From assembly GCA_964016885.1 (NCBI GenBank), contig OZ024758.1, positions 19,902,001 to 19,966,000 of the forward strand: a stretch of DNA of 64,000 bases. The letters are read 5' to 3'. A program made the position numbers and the translations under genes. This stretch comes from Eledone cirrhosa (Eukaryota). Positions 58,014 to 64,000 of the stretch are shown here, one piece after another (position 1 is the stretch's first letter; every line of letters starts with the position of its first letter). The notes under the pieces are model-generated. The model had not been told where the DNA came from, ran no database searches, and worked only from the letters and a program-made list of their open reading frames with translations.

Positions 58014-58198
58014 GGGCAGTGGATTGGCAGTATCGGTAGAGGGTCGGACGCCATGCTTTCCAGCATAGTTACGTCCCTTTACGATCTGAGTTCAAATCCC
58101 GCCGATGTTGACTTTGCCTTTCATCCTTACGGGGTCGATAAAATAAAGTACCAGTAATGCACTGGGCAATTGCTGGCCTTGTGCCTAAAGTAGAAACA
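58014..58198 (+). mobile_element. tRNA-derived SINE (family 1), full-length reference copy
   Basis: A-box-like TGGCAGTATCGG, B-box-like GAGTTCAAATCC, central GCCTTTCATCCTTACGGGGTCGATAAAATAAAGTACCAG, 3' GGCCTTGTGCCTAAAGTAGAAAC; ~16 copies in window. Confidence 0.85.
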
Positions 58199-58673
58199 GT
58201 TATATGAAACAACCACTGTCCTCTTGTATAGTCTATTGTCTCATTTGTCTGGTCTTTATATAGTTGCCAGTCTAAAAATATTGTATAATAGTAAAGTTCA
58301 CTAACTCATACCGAGAAAGACATTTCACCAACTCTATTAGAATTAAAAGCCTATTAAAACTCCAAGGCATTTTTTTCGTTACAGTAATTCAGTTCTCTCT
58401 CTTTTTTTCTTTTATAAGTTATTTAGAGGAAAAACAGTTAACATAAATACACGAGAAAAATGAACCAATGCGTTTCATATATTTCTATTTAGTGAAGTTA
58501 TTCCGTCGTTATTTAAACTAAAACACTTAAGTCAGTGATTTTCAGAGGAGGTCTTACGAACTTTAGAGGAGGAAAGAGGCACTAGAGTGGATAGTGAAGT
58601 AGAGAAGTTCGTTGTAAATCACGTGTGGTCACGGAACAAAATTGGCATTGTATAAACATTATTGGGTTCTCAA

Positions 58674-58836
58674 CAGTAGAAGGTCGGACATGCTTTCCAG
58701 CATAGTTACGTCCCTTTACGATATGAATTCAAATCCCGCCGAGGTTAACTTTGCCTTTCATCCTTACGGGGTCGATAAAATAAAGTACCATTAACGTACT
58801 GGGTATTTACTGACCTTGTGCCAAAAGTAGAAACAA
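58674..58836 (+). mobile_element. SINE family 1
   Basis: Homology to 58014-58198. Confidence 0.8.
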
Positions 58837-59084
58837 ATACTGCTTTCTCATAAGTGTACCGTTTAGATAAATGCATATTGCTTTAATAAAATGAAATAAA
58901 ATATTAAAATCTAATTTTAAATGTTTAATATTTAATAATATTTAGAGTATGTAACTTTGGTGAAATATATTTCCTAAAACGATATCGCAAACGTCTGATT
59001 CATAAAATGAATTCATCAAGATTAGAATTAAAGTATGTCCTTTCCTTTAGCTAGAGTTTTACACAGTGATTTAATCACTTGTTT

Positions 59085-59380
59085 AAGGTTCATGGTGTGT
59101 ATGAGTACACAATAGGAAATAGTAACATATGTAAACAGGAAAGAACAGCCGAACTCCCACTGTCCTCGCCTCCATCTCTCTCAACCTCACCATCCCTCCA
59201 CATGGTGTGCAAACGGGGTCCCAGGCGCCGGCCTCCCCACAGCCTCGGCGGACATAATGGAGAAGGTGTTTGCCCGGAGGATGGTAAGGAGATGCGCTGG
59301 AAGTACCATTCCAACTCGTGAGGTACACACCTGCGGTTGGCTAGCTCAGTGCCAATGGTGGTGAGTATGTAGGTATCCCT
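59085..59380 (+). pseudogene. GC-rich island, possible DIRS-like RNase H remnant
   Basis: Abrupt GC-rich block; degenerate N..V.TYVNR...H..G..N pattern across frameshifts. Confidence 0.2.
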
Positions 59381-62184
59381 AGGGCGAAGGACGAATGCAA
59401 TATACATAATCCTTTTTATAGCACTAAGTACTAGTCCTGTTATGTTCCATGACTTGATATCACAGTGACCAGAGCTATCCATCAGAAATCATCTTTCCTA
59501 TTGTATTTTTGTTTTTTTATAATATTTCAATTATATCGACATATGTAGTCTCCACCGTCCACTGTTTCAAACCAATGTTTACATCTATATAAGTTGCACT
59601 CAATATAGAAGGCCTTGGACATGTTTCCACAAAACAATATGACCGATGACCAAATGGTCCCGGTACTTCATCACCTTAATCGAATAATGCGTCATATTAT
59701 ACGCATAACGTTTCTATTAACTCCCAATACCATTTTGGATCTCGCATCCTTCATATGTTTTAATTTATATAGATGAACATTCATTTTATTTTCAATATTC
59801 CTTCTCCAAATTAAATGTTTCACATATTCTTAATTATAAATATATTGTCCGCTCGCAAAATTATAATTTTCAGTTTAAGTACGCTTTTATTACAAACTTA
59901 TGAATCGATTAACTTTCATGAAGTTCTTCTGACAACTATGCTTGATTGAAGACACCTACATCTTCTTCCTCTATGTCCATACATACCATCTGTTTGACGA
60001 CGCCATCCTGTATTTCTTATTGACTCTCTAATAATCACTTATACTTCCTTTTAACACTTTTTCCGCCGTCAAATATAACCATAACCCCACCTGTGATACT
60101 CGTAAAATGACCTGCTTGATATACTGACTCATTCCATTCTGTATTACTGATAGTCATTCACCGTCTATTACACTCTCATCTGACACAAATCATACGAAAA
60201 TCCCTGTTCGAGTAAGCGTGAAACATTAGCAAATTAAAGCTAAACCATTACGGTTAACTAATCTAAAATGTCAGCTACATACAGATCAACAGTTATGTAT
60301 GAGGAACATATTGAATGCAGAGTAACCAATGTAATTATAAATAATATTACACTGGGGAAAGGAGAGGAAATGAGAATATTATCGAAATGATTATTATTTC
60401 GACAAATAATGCAGACAACTCCAGATATATTCGGATGTTCACATGCTATTTGAACGAAGCATAAAATCATAATGCTTGTGGACGTAGTGATACGTGGAGG
60501 ATTAAAGTAAAGAAATTCGATTAAGCGAGATAAATCTGGCATATTAAATCACAAATAACGCCAAAAATAATTACGCAAGGAAGGTTAACTAATATATTTA
60601 TTCCGTTATTCCATTATTACATCATATGTTGTATTCAGTTACAACACAGTCATGTCGTAACGTCTTTGGGAATAGTTTCTCTATAACGCCACATTCCAGA
60701 TAGAACTTATAGATTGTCCGTTTGCGAAAGAAAAGACTCGTTATTTTTGCCAGATGGAACTTACTTAGAAATATATGATCCGATATGTATATAGATGTTT
60801 ATGAAAACCAGAAGCCATAATAGTCACTCGTTATTTGTAGTTGTTAGAATACAAGATGAGTTAAAGAAGAAAAGATAGACTAATGATATTTTACTGTCCA
60901 TTTTGCATTTATTAGCCTTCCATCACTTTCCACATTACTTGGTAATGTTTATTCCTGAGATTAATTCATGGAAAATGCATATTCGCCTCTACTGGTTCGT
61001 GTAACATGCTGTCATGTCACATGGGAGAATTTGTTTTCGCTTAGGCCATGGTTTCTACATCAAGGCGGTATCCGGATTCACTAAAAATTGTCGTTACAGT
61101 CAGTCATATTACAACCGAATATGTCACAGACACAATTCAGTATACGCACTGCCCTTGAGACAGATTTTGCAGAGAACGATGTTGTATTAGAGCAGATTTA
61201 TGCCCATGAGATTCCTTTTAAATTATCATGTCTTAAACTCCTCTATTGTTTGACAATGCAACCGTTTACATTACAACACCCGGAGCCATTTCCATAATAC
61301 ATTGTAGAAATATTATATAAGACTTCTGTACTCCAGCCAAAAATATATTTTCGTCAAAAGCAGTTCAATAACAAATGATTCGAATTATTTGAGAGTAGAA
61401 CTGAGAAAAGTGAATCTATTTTTTTAAACTTATTTACTTTGTATTTATACCCGAATAACGTAATCGAATTAAAGGTAGATGACTGTTGGGTACAAAATAC
61501 ATAGTATTATTGAACGGGAAACGTTTACTGGAAAATCAATGAATGTTTTGAAGAATATACAAAAACAAGCTTGAGGACGTGTGTTCTAAGATAGATGCCA
61601 TGCTGAAACGAAATTCGTATAAATGACAGTGAAAATACATCTTGGGAACTATTAGATCGTCATGTTTGTAATTTGTAGACATTCCTAGAAAGAAAGCAAA
61701 TTTCTACAAATTCCTTAAATGAAAACCCAATAGATAGAGAGCATGAAAGACAAGAGGACGTCTAAGGGGAGAAGAAGTCACGTGATGTTAATCTTCTTTT
61801 GATCAAGTTGAAGCTCTGTCTCGTGGATCCCGTGTGTGTTTGCCAGATTAACGCAGAAAATGTAGAAACGATTGTTAGTATATAAATAGTTTCTTATGTC
61901 CTTTCTACTGTTCTACATAGCATGTAAATGACAGAGATATGTCTCATATTATGTGACTCATGGTGAAAAAGTTTTTGTCAACATGTAGATCGTGAAAGGT
62001 GATGTAATGATAGTAGGGGACAATAACAAACAAGGCTGAGAAGGGATATCAGGTATTCCTCAAAATAACAAGTAATACATATAAGTTTTGAAACGTACAT
62101 ATTAAATAGATGAAATTATTATTTCAGAGGCCCGATATATAACAGTAAATCGACAGATCTCAGACCTGATTCGCTCAACGAGTG

Positions 62185-62395
62185 GGGTGGAGCTCGTCAA
62201 ATCAGACCGAGGAAACAATGTTTCCATTGGTCTATCCAATTGCTAATAATATCTACAAGGCGTAAATCAAATAAGAACGAGCAACATGACATAACATATC
62301 TTGCTGAAAGACATAACGTATCACCTGATCTGACAATCTAACTGACAATCTCACGGTGGCGAATATAATTCTCTAACCACTCAGCTATGCGCCAT
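62185..62395 (-). mobile_element. CORE-like SINE family 2, diverged
   Basis: Homology to 32715-32931 (CGTCAAATC-GACC-AGG-AACAATGTTTCC-TTGGTCT-TCCAATTGCTAAT). Confidence 0.7.
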
Positions 62396-63271
62396 CAATC
62401 TCGCAGAATTCTGCGTTCAAATTCAATTAATATTATATATTTTCCACAATGGATAAAATGTGTTTTGTGCAAATGACCATATGATAGGATTGACATAAAT
62501 ATATAGTAATCACTAACAGGTTTAGAAAATATTGTCTCCGGATTAGATAGTCAAATGATCTGCGACGCAATTTCTTGTCATACGAGGAATAGTTATTCAC
62601 CAGAGTGAGACGTAGCTATGTCGCGCTAGGTCGGTATTACTTAATTTTGATCTCGATAAAAATTCGTTGTAACCTAACTACCAACACCATTTACCATCAC
62701 CATCATCACCACCTCCAGCATCACCAGCTGCACCATGAGAACCTCCACTATCACCACCTCCACCATCACTAGCTGCACCATTACAAGCTCCAACATCACC
62801 ATCAGTACCACCACGAAATAGACTTGTGTCTAGTGAAAAATACGATGATATATTTTGATACGTTTTCTGGCCTGGAAATGTGTGCAATGAATCCAATATT
62901 ATGTTTCACTTTGGTCACATTAGTGTAAAAGAATTTAACATGCCTATTTCGAATGTAAGGTACAATCACCACTTCCAAAATCATAACATCACGTGACCTT
63001 TTTCTCCCCTTAGATGTCCTATTCTCTTTCATGCTCTATATCTATTGGATCGTCAATTAAGGAATTTGTAGAAATGAGAAACAATAATAGTCTTAATTTC
63101 ATATAAAGGAGTCAATATAAACACTGGAAAGAAAGTGTTTGTCTACTCTTCCCTTACCCTTATAATTATCATAAGTATCTTCACTCGTCATCGATGTTTC
63201 CCAAAAAATTATACATTTTTACGTAGTAGTAGTAGCAACATCAGTAGTAGTTGTAGTAGTATACATACCTG

Positions 63272-63492
63272 AAGGGTGGAGGATTGGCAGTATCTATAGG
63301 GCACCAGACACAATGGTTTGCGACATATAGTTATGGCCTTTCACGTACTGAGTTCAAATCGCACCGAGGTTAGTTTGGCTTTTCATCCTTATTGAGTCAA
63401 TAGAATAAAGCACGAGTAATGCATTGGTGTCGATTTTATTGGCTCTCCACCTCTTCCCAAATTACTGGCCTTGTGCCTAGAGTAGAAATCAT
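63272..63492 (+). mobile_element. SINE family 1, old diverged long variant
   Basis: Homology to 31849-32061 and 58014-58198. Confidence 0.7.
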
Positions 63493-64000
63493 TATTATTA
63501 TGTTTAGTAGTAGTAGTAGTAGTAGTAGAAATAGTCGAAATCGTAGTAGACGAAGCTCTACTTTACTGTGAACATCATACATTCGCGCTTTGCTTTTAGC
63601 GTTGCCATACACACATATATGTAAATAAATGAAAAATAAAATAGAAAATTAATTAGAATAAAAAGTCTAAGAAAGAAGCAGCTTCGTCTCGGTGGAAATT
63701 ATCTCCAATGTAATCTATTTTTTCTTTGCAAATATGTATTAAAAATTTACTCCGTCTAAGAACGTTTTCTACATAATTCTCTAACATTTATATTTCACCC
63801 CACCCTTAAGTAATGCATGAACTTGTTTTTCTAGTTTCAAAATTAACCAATCTCTCTACTACTTATCATTTGATCTATGATAAACCCGGACCAAATAACA
63901 TACAAGATTAATGTTCAAGTGTAATAGAAAAATAAATAAAGGAAATTAATCACTGAAACATTGATATTCCAATATTGCTCCGCAGTTTCAATTTCATTGA

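Overview
Very AT-rich, microsatellite-laden metazoan DNA, probably an Octopus genome (inferred from the SINE families and the (TA)n load). No host protein-coding gene can be supported; nearly all listed ORFs are translated microsatellites. The dominant structure is a ~9.7-kb fold-back (16871-26552): a 5'-truncated, frameshifted Penelope-like retroelement (PLE, Naiad-type RT + C-terminal GIY-YIG, minus strand) whose 3' 4.0 kb (endonuclease, ~3.5-kb 3' region and a terminal hammerhead ribozyme with a very long stem II) is duplicated in inverted orientation. Scattered through the window, nearly always in or beside (TA)n tracts, are about 11 well-formed and several degenerate minimal type I hammerhead ribozymes from several unrelated short repeat families. 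Several of these sit in miniature fold-backs (arms ~27-163 bp) with the same architecture. Also present: ~16 copies of a tRNA-derived SINE, two CORE-like SINEs, a CR1-type LINE 3' end, weak older LINE/DIRS remnants, a ~130-bp (CAC)-based minisatellite and large (TA)n, (AGT)n and (CAT)n arrays.
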